From assembly GCF_009914755.1 (NCBI RefSeq), contig NC_060932.1: a stretch of DNA of 64,000 bases; one strand, given 5' to 3'. Below, in pieces: positions 1-17,045 of this stretch; positions within the stretch are counted from its first letter, which is position 1, and the number at the start of each line of letters is the position of its first letter. The notes under the pieces were generated by a model. It ran no database searches and was not told the DNA's origin. It was given only the letters and a program-made list of their open reading frames with translations. Both the position numbers and the translations under genes were made by a program. Origin of the DNA: the human T2T-CHM13v2.0 reference genome, Homo sapiens.

Positions 1-1077
1 TGATCATGAAAAGCAAATCACAAACTAAAGAATCCCAGTATTCTTTTTCACTTCTTAGAACAAAATATTTATGGTAAGAAAGAGTTAATTGGCTCCCTTC
101 TTATCTAAGGTTCCCTTTATAAAAATGAAAATCTTCAACCTATGGTTACTTGCAAATTTCATCCCTCATAAAATATACACACATAAAGCAGGTTTTCAGT
201 AAATGTTAAGGCACTAAGCTAGGTTCTATGAAAAGTAAGAAGACGTATAAGAGATTAAAAGCATCTAGACCTGGTTTAATAACTTGAATAAAAAATTTAA
301 CACTATGCCTTAATATCTTATCTATAAAACAAAGATAGCAATGTTTGCTCAGTATACTTTCCAAGTCTATAAAAATTAAGAATACATGAAAAAGCACTTA
401 ATGCTATAAAGTACTATACAGATAGAGATTACAGCAACAAAAGACAAATGCGTATCTTCTAAGTTATGAATTTTCACAAGGTTGTTGGTCTGCTGTACTA
501 AACGCTATTAGAAAACATATGAACCAGTACAATGTAGAGTGTACTTAGCACATCACTGCCTCTGAGGAAAATTTGGTATTTTAGCCACATGAATATATAT
601 ACTACTTCCATGGTTTGGATCATACCATAATTAATTAAGATTGAATTTTCCCCAACACACTTTCATAGCAGTTTACTGTAGCTAGCATATCATTCCCTGG
701 TCTTACACATAGAACGCAATATGAAAGAAATCTTAGATTTAGATTCTTTTCCAACAGAGTTTATACAAAGGGGGTCTCACTTGATTGACACTGATATGTC
801 AACATGATTTTAGGAGTGTATTAAATGTTTATATAATCTAAAATCTATCATTTTATTGTACAAATTATTGCCATAAAATAATTCATTAAAAAAGTAATCA
901 TACCCTTTACCACAGAATTTAGTACAAATGGTCCCAAAGGTTGCTTATGTTATATAGTCTACATTTTAATTACAAATTTAAAAAATAAGTCATCGGGGAC
1001 TTGCAAATGTATTTAACAGTAAGGTAATAAAGGTCATGTTTAAGTACAGAAAAATATATATACATTTATATAAGCAC

Positions 1078-1298
1078 CTTCCTGGAAGTAGTTTGGCAAT
1101 TTCTGCCCAACGATTTCCCAACCGCTTATGTGCTTCATAGATGATCCTGTCCTCCTCTTCTGTCCAGGAAGATTTCTTTACCTCAGGATTCAGATGATTA
1201 TGCCATCTTTCTCTACACTGCTTGCCTATTCTTCCTTTTAAATGTTTTGCAATTAAAGACCATCTTTTTGGCCCATATTTCTGAACTAATTCAATAAC
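1078..1298 (-). CDS. MYBL1: MYBL1 coding exon 5 (VIELVQKYGPKRWSLIAKHLKGRIGKQCRERWHNHLNPEVKKSSWTEEEDRIIYEAHKRLGNRWAEIAKLLPG)
   Basis: 221 nt, CCTAG| acceptor and AAG|GTGCTT donor; canonical Myb R2/R3 sequence. The gene continues left of the window. Confidence 0.97.
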
Positions 1299-2030
1299 CT
1301 AGGAAACAGAAAAACAAAGTTTAAAAAAGCATTACCTTCAAAGAATTTTAAAACATAATTCAAGAATACCATTTTAAATAAATGCATTAAATCCAAGCCA
1401 CAACTACAATTTGTTAAAAAAAAATTACCAATAAATACCCCTTTAGCATTTGCCAGCTTCAAAAATTGATGCCAAACTCATCTAAAAATCCAAGGGGCTA
1501 ATTAAAGACTCTTGAAATTCAATTGCTTTCACACCCTATTAATTTGAAATAACTGTAAACATGCTGAAACTTGTACATTTTCTACTCCTACATCTAAAAA
1601 AAAAAAAAAAAAAAAAAAAAACGCTTCAGCCAAAAGCAAAAAACAAAAATACAATTAGGAAGCAGAAAGATTCTACCAAGTTATTGGTTGTCATTTCTTC
1701 CTTTCTCAAACTGAAAGGACACAGATTACATATTCTTTTTTCCACATTTTACAGTTGTTTTTATTTCACCTAAAATTGCAAGAATAGTTATTCCAGCCCA
1801 CTTTACCTCACTGCCCTATGTCAAATATCATCTCATAAACATTTTATATTGGTAGACTAAGTTTAATATATGTTGATATTTTCACTATATGTGTCTATTT
1901 ACTATCTTTAAAACTAAAATTTCAGGCTTTGGTAAATGCATTTTTAAACAAGATCACACATTTTAAAACTTAGGAGTAGCCATCAAGTAAATCAGTGCAG
2001 TCTAGGTGAAGTAACTTTAAAGTTTGTTCT

Positions 2031-2182
2031 GGCTGGGCATGATGGCTCAGCCTCTAATCCCAGCATTTTGAGTGGCCAAGATGGGCAGATTGCTTGAGCC
2101 CAGGAGTTCAAGACCAGCCTGGGCAACATAGCGAGATTCCATCTCTACTTATTTAAAAAATTTAAAAAATAAGAACAACAAA
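2031..2182 (+). mobile_element. FLAM/Alu monomer
   Basis: Left-arm Alu sequence with TSD TAAAGTTTGTT. Confidence 0.8.
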
Positions 2183-2797
2183 TAAAGTTTGTTTTGAGCA
2201 GGAGTAAGGATGCTCTAATTCCTCAACTGCATTAGCAACCTTTATGACTTAAAGGGCATTAACTAAAGAGTGCAGAAACACTTCTATTCATCTCCAACTT
2301 CATAGTACAAACAATGACCTTGGTTTTTAAATCACAAAACCTTTGGAAACATGATGCTCTGACATCTGTCTAATCCTGGGACTCATTATAGGTTAAGAGA
2401 AAAAGTTAAGAATGACTTCCGTGCATATCAAGTTATTAGATGTAAAAATAAAATGAAAATCTGTTTTAAAATGTTAATTAGATTTTTGACAAAAAACTAT
2501 ACCCTAATAGTTGTGAAACTGAGCTCAAAACAAGGTAACTAACCTTACAGCAAGTATTTTTCCTTCTGCAAACCAAACTCTCAGAAAGAAAGGGCTGTAT
2601 GTTATACTTGGTTTGACTCAATTTTCTAAAAACCCAACAACATTTCCAGACACTTAACATTCAATTCTTATGCAAGTAGCCTCCGGAGAACAAAATCAAA
2701 GTGACTTAAACATGTACTTCATATGTCAAAACAACACATTAAAAAGAAAAAAGCTAGTCTACCTACATAGTGAATATAAAGAATATGAACACATTAC

Positions 2798-2890
2798 CCT
2801 CTGATCTTCTTCTTTAGTCCAAGGACCCTTTATCAATTCAGGATTTAAAACTTTCTGCCATCGATGCTGGCACTGAAAATCAGAGCGATT
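2798..2890 (-). CDS. MYBL1: MYBL1 coding exon 4 (NRSDFQCQHRWQKVLNPELIKGPWTKEEDQR)
   Basis: 93 nt, TTTTTCAG| acceptor and AGG|GTAATG donor; R1/R2 junction, visible in ORF 2759..2965. Confidence 0.97.
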
Positions 2891-3267
2891 CTGAAAAAAT
2901 TTAGAAGATTTTGTTATTAAACAACTGTCTTCCAGAAAGCAAGTCAGCCCGAATTTATGTCTCACATCCTTAGAACAAAGACTTCAAGAATAGTGTATTC
3001 AATAGCATTCTTTAAACATGTAACATTTATGTTACATATCTCTGCCCCAATTATGTTTTTTCTTAATTATAGTAGTCAACAGGGCTTAGACTACAAATAA
3101 AAACAATTTATTTAAAACTAAAGTGTGTATCTTTACACTACACCTTATAATACAGAAGCAGCAAAGATAAAACACAGATAACTGAAATAAAGAAATGGAT
3201 TTAACACTGAGGAATAAAAAGCAGTGGACAGAAAACTACACAAAGCTGACATAAGAACTCAAATAGT

Positions 3268-3568
3268 GCCAGGCGCAGTGGCTCATGCCTGTAATCCCAA
3301 CACTTTCGGAGGCCGAGGTGGGTGGATCACCTGAGGTCTGGAGTTCGAGACCAGCCTGACCAACATGGAGAAACCCCGTCTCTACTAAAAATACAAAATT
3401 AGCCGGATGTGGTGGTGCATGCCTGTAATCCCAGCTACTCATAAGGCTGAGGCAGAAGAATTGCTTGAACCCAGGAGGTGGAGGTTGCGGTGAGCCGAGA
3501 TTGCACCATTGCATTCCAACCTAGGCAACAAGAGCGAAACTCTCATCTCAAAAAAAAAAAAGAAAAAG
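3268..3568 (+). mobile_element. AluS (Sp/Sq-like)
   Basis: Full dimer, A tail, TSD AAGAACTCAAATAG. Confidence 0.9.
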
Positions 3569-3751
3569 AACTCAAATAGCCTATCAGTCTGGATTCACGT
3601 AGTTCAGCAGTACCTAACTATACAGTTTTAAAGAAATGTAAAGGCATTGCTATACTACTGCATAGGATCAAAAGGATGTTATAAATTATGATTCCAAGTT
3701 ATTAAGAAAACATTACATAGTCTACATAGAAGATGAATGTTACATTTCAAT

Positions 3752-3837
3752 TAAATTGGTTAAGTGTTGACACTTAAAAAGAAAATGAATTCACTAAATT
3801 GGTTAAGTGTTGACACTTAAAAAGAAAATGAATTCAC
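3752..3837. repeat. Perfect 43-bp tandem duplication (2 copies)
   Basis: TAAATTGGTTAAGTGTTGACACTTAAAAAGAAAATGAATTCAC at 3752-3794 and 3795-3837. Confidence 0.97.
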
Positions 3838-4596
3838 CAGAATAAGAAATCCTACGCAGTATCTGGGTAGAAACATCTCAAACTCCAAAAATAATAAATG
3901 AAGCCTTATTTTAGTCAGTCCAGAACCTGGTAACTCCTATACATTACAAGGATAATGACACCTAACACTTTATTAGTGATTCACAGTTTACAAAATTGTT
4001 AGTTCATAAGCAAGATTACAGAAAATCTAGAGACATATAAAGGGACAGATAAAAATGTTTTGTCTACCAATGGCTCTTTTGCCCAATGTACTTAAAATTA
4101 TTTTTATTCAAACTCAGCTTCATTTATGGCTTCTGTACACCAACGCTAATCCATTTTAAGGCTGACACTTTCTTCAAAATAATCAGGTTGCTCCTGTATG
4201 TCCTTGTAGCATTTCTGTTAATGCTAATGTAAATAACTTTTCTAACCTAGCTTCCATTTATTGAACACCTGCTAAATATTAAGAATTGTGCCAAACATCC
4301 TATATGTTATTTCTAGTTCTACACAACCATACTACAGAAACAAGTATGATTATCTAGACATTATAGATAAGGAAGGTGACAATCAAAGAGGCTAAGTAAT
4401 TTTTCCACGCTCATGGAGCTGACATTTGAACATAATTCAAACTGACTCCAAAATTTATGCTCTTTCCATTACTTGATCTCAATTTTTGGGTTATGTTGAA
4501 AGTCATATGACAATATAGAAAAAACATAGTTAACATGGTTTCTGAAACCCAAAGTAGTCAATATTTAAATTCAAATATGTATATTTTCCCTCACTA

Positions 4597-4978
<382 letters not shown>

Positions 4979-5445
4979 TTATAAAGTTATATAACGAACA
5001 GCAGGTGAATAGTAGTATGGTAAACAATAGGCATAATAGTTTTTAAAATCAACATTTTAAAAGGTAAGCCTCAGATGATAAGCTTTTTTTAATAGGGCTT
5101 TTCTGGATTTTTTGGTTAGCTATCAAATATCTCAATATATTTCTCACAGAATGTTTTAACGTGTATTAGCAAATATTTATAAGGTCCCACATACATTTAT
5201 TATCATTTTTGTTTTAAGTTAATAATCTTTTTAGGCCCCTGGATAAACGCATTACTAGAAAACCAGACTCTAAACCAGACTCTCCAAGCCATTAGCAACC
5301 AACTAGAGGCAGACCAAACCAACAGGGATGTTTTTAGGAAGGAAACCTAAAATTAAAATATGTAGACACATTTTTGAAAAATAGCAAATTTAACCCAATG
5401 CCTTAAACCAGCCATGTTAGAAATATAATTTAATATTTCACTTAC

Positions 5446-5517
5446 TTGAAGATGACTAGCAATTAGAGTCCAATCATCAGTTCCATGTTGTTCAACCAAC
5501 TTCTTTAATTTATCATC
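5446..5517 (-). CDS. MYBL1: MYBL1 coding exon 3 (DDKLKKLVEQHGTDDWTLIASHLQ)
   Basis: 72 nt, phase 0-0, TAG| acceptor and CAA|GTAAGT donor; Myb repeat R1. Confidence 0.97.
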
Positions 5518-5798
5518 CTATTAAAACAGTACAAAAATTAGAAAGCTTTCCCCCCGTCCTTTTCCTCTACCCCTAAATATAGATAACTCTCCAATTCTAT
5601 TAAGGAATATCTGGTAACCATAGAATAACTAAAGCCACCCACTATAATACAAATTCTTCCATTTATTATACTGTTTCTCTAAGTTCCAATGTCATCAGTT
5701 ATTCATGTCTCTGGTTGAAGAAAAAGAACGTACAGTTAATTTGATGCATATCTTTTCTCATATTTTGTTTTTAAATATCTTTCATAACTATAGCAGCA

Positions 5799-6098
5799 TT
5801 TTTTTTTTGTTTTTGAGATGGAGTCTCGCTCTGTCACCCAGGCTGGAGTGCAGTGGTGCAATCTCGGCTCACTGCAACCCTCTGCCTCCCAGGTTCAAGT
5901 GATCCTCCTGCCTCAGCCTCCCAAGTAGGATTAGGATTACAGACATGCGCCACCATACCAGGCTAATTTTTGTATTTTAGTAGAGACGGGGTTTCATCAT
6001 GTTGGCCAGGCTGGTCTTGAACTCCTAACCTCAAGTGATCCGCCCATCTCGGCCTCCCAAAGGGCTGGGATTACAGGCGTGAGCCACCACACCTGGCC
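5799..6098 (-). mobile_element. AluS in MYBL1 intron 2
   Basis: Full dimer, TSD ATAACTATAGCAG. Confidence 0.9.
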
Positions 6099-6165
6099 GT
6101 ATAACTATAGCAGTATTAACCAATAAATACATGTAAGAAACTATGAAACCTTGTCAGATAATTAC

Positions 6166-6271
6166 CTCGTCCCTTGTCCATTTTACTCTGTTCCAGAGTT
6201 TCTTCAGTCCTTTTTGTTGTGGTACTTCATAATCATGATCGGCATACTGAAGGTCATCATCCTCATCCTCA
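6166..6271 (-). CDS. MYBL1: MYBL1 coding exon 2 (EDEDDDLQYADHDYEVPQQKGLKKLWNRVKWTRDE)
   Basis: TTTTGTAG| acceptor and GAG|GTAATT donor; 106 nt. Acidic N-terminus and the start of Myb repeat R1. Confidence 0.97.
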
Positions 6272-6395
6272 CTACAAAAAAAACACAATTTGTGATATCA
6301 AGAATTTTATTTAAATTTGTAAATTCAAACACTGAACTTGTGTGTGCAGGTATGACTGAAGAAATCATACAGACTACAAGTCATATTCACAATGA

Positions 6396-6798
<403 letters not shown>

Positions 6799-7242
6799 TG
6801 GAACTATACTTCTTACTGACACCAAACACATGAGGTTGGATATGCCACTACGGGAAAAATCATAACCTTGTACGTCATGTTAAGGAATTTGACCTTTATT
6901 CTTTATTTGACCTTTATTCTAAAGAGTTAAATAATTTTAACACAGCAAAAGACAAAAGACAGATATCTTGTGTTTTAGAAAAATCAGTGACAAGAGTGTG
7001 GTGAAACTGAAAAAGAAAAACCAATTAGTAATCTTCACAACAACCCAAGCAAGAAATTATTGGGGCCTGACAAATGGTAATGGTAAAATATAAACCGCAG
7101 CCAATTAAAAGACACAATAGAAGTGATCCAATTAACAATACCAACAATAAAAAAAATTTAACATACAAGATAAAGGTACAGTAAGTGACAAGACACTGTT
7201 GTGAGACACAGATGTCTTGAACAAATGGAAGAACATTCTGAC

Positions 7243-10874
<3,632 letters not shown>

Positions 10875-13800
10875 TAAAACAACAACAACAAAAAAAAAAA
10901 AAAACTCTACAGGCTTGATTAAATATCTGATACATGCAGCCATTTTCAGCTATCAGAAATATCACCTGATAGGCCAATATTAAATTGTTAAGTTCGACAT
11001 GCTTCAGGGTCCAATGACTTCATAAATTTCTAAGAAAGCTACCGAATCAGATAAAACACCACACTGCAGCTTTCTGTCCTATTTGTATGTACTAAGAGCA
11101 CCTACCTTTCTTCTTTTTAATGTTTATCACATTTGCCAACCTCCACATCCAAAAAGTAAGCTCATGAGTGCAGACCATGTCTACCACGTTCACCTCTCAG
11201 GACTAACTAAGCACAGTACCTGCCACTCAAATATTTGTAAAACTAATGAACAATCTTCCCTAATCTTCCAGCTTCACCAAGAGCTCTATATTCCAAAATT
11301 ATCTCACTCCTTTCCAACCCAACCAAAACTTCCACCTTCTTCAATACATGTGATCTCAAAGTGGATCTGAGAAAGAAAACTTTTTAACAAATGAAAATAC
11401 CTCTAGGAAGAGGTAAAAGCATTCTTATTTGTTAAAGAAGACTTTCAAAACCCAAAAAAAAAAAAAAACACCTCCAAGTGGTAGAATTTTAAGAAGCAGA
11501 ACCTGCTGAAACAAACATTTTAAATATTCAATACAGAAAAGGTTATTTGAAGGTATCTACTGTACTGTTTAACCTTTCTTAGAAATGCCACCAGCAACAT
11601 TACCACTTCCTGACACCCCAAATAGCCCTCAGGCATGCTTTTCACAGGGTCTCTTTCTTTTCCTCCCTCTCTTCAGATCCTCAAAGTTTCCATAACAGTA
11701 TATTTGAGACTGCTTTAAAATACAGGTTATTTCTAAGTCAAAATAATTTTTACCTTGGGAATTTGCCCATATAAATCTTGAGTATTCACAAATCTACATC
11801 ACATTTAATCATACGAAACCCACTTTAAGGTTCTTACAAAATATTTTAAGGATATGAGTACAAAAACATTATTTTGGTCAAAAAGCTGAGTTTTCAAAGA
11901 GTAATTTTCCTAAAAACTAGTTCATTTTAACTGTAAAATTTTGCCCCTTACTTTTTACCCACATACTTTATTGTGAGAAATTTCTATTTCTACATGAGGT
12001 TTCATTCTCTATTTTGCATTTCAGCATGGTCATCAGTTTCAGACACTGAGTTATATAGCCCATTCAATGTTCAGTAAGCTGGGCTTTTTGAATGGGTAAG
12101 TGTGAAGAAGCAAGTAGAATTCTTAGAATTATCTACCACTCTGACTTTCCTAGAGTCTACCTACTTCTTAGTTATAGCATCAAGTTATCTCTACATATAT
12201 ATGAGTATTGAAAAGACAATGTTAACTTTCCAATACATGAGACCAAAAAAAAGATCCTAGATATCTATCAACATCACTAGCTACAAAGAAAGATGCCTGA
12301 GAATGTGTATAATTTGCAAAGAAAACAGGGAAAGGATAAAACCCCACAAATCACTGCACCAATATCCCACTTTCACCATTTAACAGTGAAAAAGTCCCAT
12401 CACTGAAAAATGGTTAGATATCATCAAAATGGATCTGCTCTATTTGTCTACTTTTACATAATCTTTTGACATTTCTGTATTATAACAATCAATGCTGGTA
12501 ATATGTAATAATTTAATAAAATTGGCTTCCTACTATGTAGTTAAATAAACCATTCCTAGCCTAGTGTAATTATCTAGAAGACAGCAAAATAAAGTGACAT
12601 TATTTCTCTAGTCACAAAGCAATAATAGATTAATTTGGTCTTTGGCTCTCCAGCCCAGGACTCGGTTTCCAGAATGATTCTGCCAGTTTACCTAAGTCAA
12701 AGAAAATATTTATGTGATAAATGTCTAATACATAACCAAACTACTATATTCAAATGGAAACAGTTTCATAGACTGTGAATTAAAGTGATTAGGGTGATTA
12801 TAAAACAGTCAAAGGAAGCACACAAAAAAATTGTAGAACTCATTAGGCCAGGAAAATAGTTTAAGAGTAACTTTACATTGGTGTACAAGCTAACAGGACA
12901 TGATAGTCATGACTTTGTCCGTGAAATAACACGCACTTGATGAAATAATTCACATGTGATGTTAAGATAAAACATTTAGAAGTTCAATTTTAGAGGATAA
13001 CAATTATATCACTTAAACCAGTAAATGAGGTATTCCAAGGAGGAAACTGAAATTTTTTTAAATTTTTTATTCTAAAAGAAAGAGAAATACCGGTTCTATA
13101 AATTTGCTCTAGTAAAATCGCATCAAGTTGATAATATTTTTAATCACAAATTAACTCAAGTCCGAAATCTTTATCACAGACAAAAAAAAAATCTTTATTA
13201 TACAATCTTGAGGACAAGTCCAATCATATTCAAGGTATGAAAATTTACCAGGTTGATTTAATAAAGTGAAATTAGGCCACCCAGTGGTTAATATATGTAC
13301 TGCATACATGAATATTTTATTTCCAAATCTGGACTGTGCAAACTAGCAGTATTATAGTAAGACAAACTTTACAAAACCTTTGATCATTATTAACAGCAAT
13401 ATTGAGGAGAGTTCTACCTAGTAATTCCATAAACAAAAACATTGTGAGAAAATTTCTATTTCATTAGTATGTATATACTTTTAAATAAGATTACAAAATG
13501 TCTTCAAATATATACATTAAAGCTAGAAACTACCTTACAGACCATAAAATCCAAACTCTATATATTAACCAGATGAAAAACTGAGGCAGAGTTTACCTGC
13601 TTCCCCAAACAATATTGCCAGTTAATGACAAAACCGATTAAAAGATCAGTTCTCATATTTCAGTATAATTTCACTCCCACCCATTTTGCTGGAAACAACA
13701 CAGTAAAATTGGTTCCTATACACACACATATACATAACACTGCAAAAAACATCTTCTATTTCAAGAGCTGGCTTTTATCTTTTCAGGTTAGTGTAGTCAT

Positions 13801-15185
13801 AGGTCATCTCAAGTGTAAATAATCTGTTACTAGTAAACAGGTTTCTAAATGACATTTTTTAAAGCTTACTTTAAAGGGTAAAACTGACTTTCGAATCTAA
13901 AATTAATTACGTATATATAAATATGCTTAAAAGTTAAATATATGTTAGTAACAGATATATTAATTTTAGTATTGCCTGTAAATTGTCATCGCAATTCCCA
14001 GTGGGATGTAAAATTATTTAAAGTCACAATACAAATGAGTCTTCCTTTATGTAAATCTAGAGGACAGATACTACGGCTATCTTAAAGATCAAAACAGCTA
14101 ACATCCTGCAGTTGTTCACACTTGAGGTAACACTTAGTTTTCTACTCTTAGGTTTTTTTGGGTTTTTTTTTTTCAGTTCACATAGGAAACATATATTACA
14201 GGATTTACGCCTATGCTCTTAGGCAAAACTTTTATACAGCAAAGTATAGTTTTCACTTGAACGCTTAAGTGGTTGTATACTGGAGATCTCAAATTACAAC
14301 TTGAAGTAACTGAATTATTTCTTTTCCCTTTCAACTATAAATTGAGTTCAAATATATTAAGATACTTAGGTAAAAGGCAAGAGAGATTTTTCCCAATGAC
14401 ATTATTTTTGCTTCAAAACAATTCACACTCTATCCTCTTTTGTTTTTTGTTGAAGCACAAAAGCAGAGCATCTACTATCTTCTAAGATATGTAAATCATA
14501 TTTACGTGGGCAAGAAATGTAATTCAGAGTATGAAACACATTTAAGTATGAAGACTTAAGAGATACATCATTCAGAGATGATAATTTCTCCCCACATCCT
14601 CTATCTGTATACTCCCAGGGAGAGTATAGCTTCACCCCACCACATTTAATTACTCCAGATTTACGACCCTTTAAATCATTCTATCATGTTTAAATTAACT
14701 TACACAACTGTCAAGGGATAAATGTCAAAAGTACAATATTTAGATTTCAAGCTCACAGTATTCTCAATAAAACAACTTATATATGCAAACTAACATTAAG
14801 TTGTTTCTCCTTTCTTTGTCCATTATTATGAAACATACACTTCACACATATGAAATGGACAGAAAACCCATGGGGAGGGGAAGGTTCTGACATTTAAACA
14901 TTCGTGTCTAGCCATAATTTTAATTTAACTAAATGCTGATGACAGAATTAGCCAAGAAACTGTTTCAAATAAGATTAACATCAATACTGATAAGTAGATA
15001 ATATCACACATTAATAAACTTGTTATTGAGTTAACATATTCAATTGTCATCTTATTTTTAAATTTTTTTATATTTAAAAATTCAAAAAGCCTAAACCAGT
15101 ACTTCGGCAATCATAATTACAAGAGCTTTAAATATCTATCTTTTCTGAAGATTGATGTTAATTGGGTCCTTGAAGTTCTAGAAGG

Positions 15186-15378
15186 GTGGTTCTTTCCTGG
15201 GTGATTTTGTCCCCCAAAAGATATTTGGCAATGTCTGGAGACATTTTTACTGTCATGACTGAGGGAAGTGGAGTGTTACTATCTCTACTGGGTAGAAGCC
15301 AGCGATGCTGCTAAACATCTCCCCATTACAAAGAATTATCTGGTCCAAGATGTCAATAGTGCAAAGGCTGAAAACAGT
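15186..15378. mobile_element. MER20 (hAT-Charlie)
   Basis: GGTGATTTTGTCCCC...ATTTGGCAATGTCTGGAGACATTTT...GATGCTGCTAAACATC...CAAAGAATTATCTGG. Confidence 0.8.
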
Positions 15379-16572
15379 TTTAGAGGGGTCTGTGTACACA
15401 TTTATTTCATCTCAAGAGTTTGTCCTATAACTTACTTCAAAACTAATAAGCTTACAGAGACTTAAGGATTTCTGCAGAAGCATCCTGCACACAGCAGATG
15501 CTTAACAGAAAACTAAGGAAAAAACAATTATGTATAGTTACTGCCAATTTTTAGCAGAACTCTGCAATGAATGACCCCCATTACTAAATTTCAACTTAGG
15601 AAATACATCTCTAGTTAAGATTTTGGGGCTGTGGATCTAGATAAATAAATATTTGGAAATCCTGCCAAACATCTTTTCAGGTTTATTTGATAATGCTGAA
15701 AATCGGAAGACATCCTATATTTTTGTTATCTAAGCAATTACTCCACATAATTTATGAGTAGCTGCTGTAATGGCATGTAAACGAAAATTAGATGCATAAA
15801 TTCATCCTAGCACATTTTCCAGGCAAAGGTGGAAAAAAGTGCCTTACCTCTGTGGAACACTTAGGTACGGTCAGAGCCAAACACAGACACTCAAAATATT
15901 AAGTGAATCAAACACATTGTTTTATTTCAAGATCAAGCTACTAGTTGTTACTACTAGTTGTTACTATGTGACATGGTCCCAAGAGAGGATATTAAAATAT
16001 ACATATATACATAAAGCTGAGCATATGGGTATAGGAATTACAGAAAACATCAAAAAAGTCCTCTCAGCTATTCCCCAGAGGATTTTCCACAACGTTTCAA
16101 GATAGCCAAGTTGGCAGAGGGGTGGCCGCCCAGGTTCACCGCGGAGTTCCTATTTTGACTGTACCGTCATTCAGAAAAGAGTCGCCCGAACACCATTTTC
16201 AAGTCCTCCCGGCAGGACACAGTCAGTTTTCTCTGCGTAGCGGACTCCCTAAAAGCGCTCGACTTACCTGGCAAGAAACCTGCCTCGAAGAAGTGGCAGC
16301 ATGAGGTCAGAAATCTGGACGCGCATTACGGGGAGAGTCACCGAGAAACCTGGGCATCTCTTACGTCCCGCGCCTCAAACACCCTGGTCCCCAACTCTCC
16401 ACACGTCGCAGCTGCCCTCCGGTCATCGAGGCCAAGCGGCCGCGGGGACGCGGGAAGAAAAACCTCTGCCCTCGCCAGGGAGGGCCTTATGGCGGGAGGG
16501 GGCAGCGGGATAGGAAAGAGAATCTGAGCCGAGACGGCGCCGACAGGCCTGGGCGAAAGGGGTGCCACCCAC

Positions 16573-16592
16573 CTGCGCGACCTCTTCGCCAT
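16573..16592 (-). CDS. MYBL1: MYBL1 (A-MYB) coding exon 1, MAKRSR(S)
   Basis: ATG at 16592 in strong Kozak context (AGG-ATG-G). 20 coding nt, then donor CAG|GTGGGT; joins exon 2 in frame to give MAKRSRSEDEDDDLQYADHDY. Confidence 0.96.
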
Positions 16593-17030
16593 CCTTCAAG
16601 TACCGCATAGGAGCAGGCTGGGCGGGGACGCGGGTCAGCCTCCTCCAGCCTCCGGCGAATGCTCCTTCTCCCCGATCCTCTAGCCGCTTCCCTCGCTCCC
16701 TCTGGAGGCGGCCGAGTGCGGAACGCACGTCCTCGACAGGGCAGGACGGAGGGACAGCGGGGGCGGACCGCGACCCGACCCCGACCCCGGCCCGCAGCGC
16801 CGCTCTTAGCCCCGGCCCGGCCCGGCCAGGGATACCCCCAACATGTCAGGAGGCGCGATCCCGCCCTCCGCCGGCTTCTCCCGCCGCTTGTCAGCCTCCC
16901 TGCCCTGGCCCCAGCCCGGCTCCGCCACAGGCGCCCGACCCCTGCCCTCTCCCCCGCAGCTAGCAGTTCTGCAGGGCTCGCAGTCTCCTGCAGGGTTTTG
17001 TCCGCACCGCCGAATCTCGCGCCCAGCCTC
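16593..17030 (-). other. MYBL1: MYBL1 GC-rich 5' UTR (upstream limit approximate)
   Basis: Lies between the start codon and the CHR/CCAAT core promoter. The TSS is inferred, not observed. Confidence 0.6.
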
Positions 17031-17045
17031 CCTCAAGAGCCGCCG

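Noticed and set aside
3752-3837. Palindromic direct repeat resembling a CRISPR repeat
   Set aside because: Only two abutting copies with no spacer, in a human intron with no cas genes.
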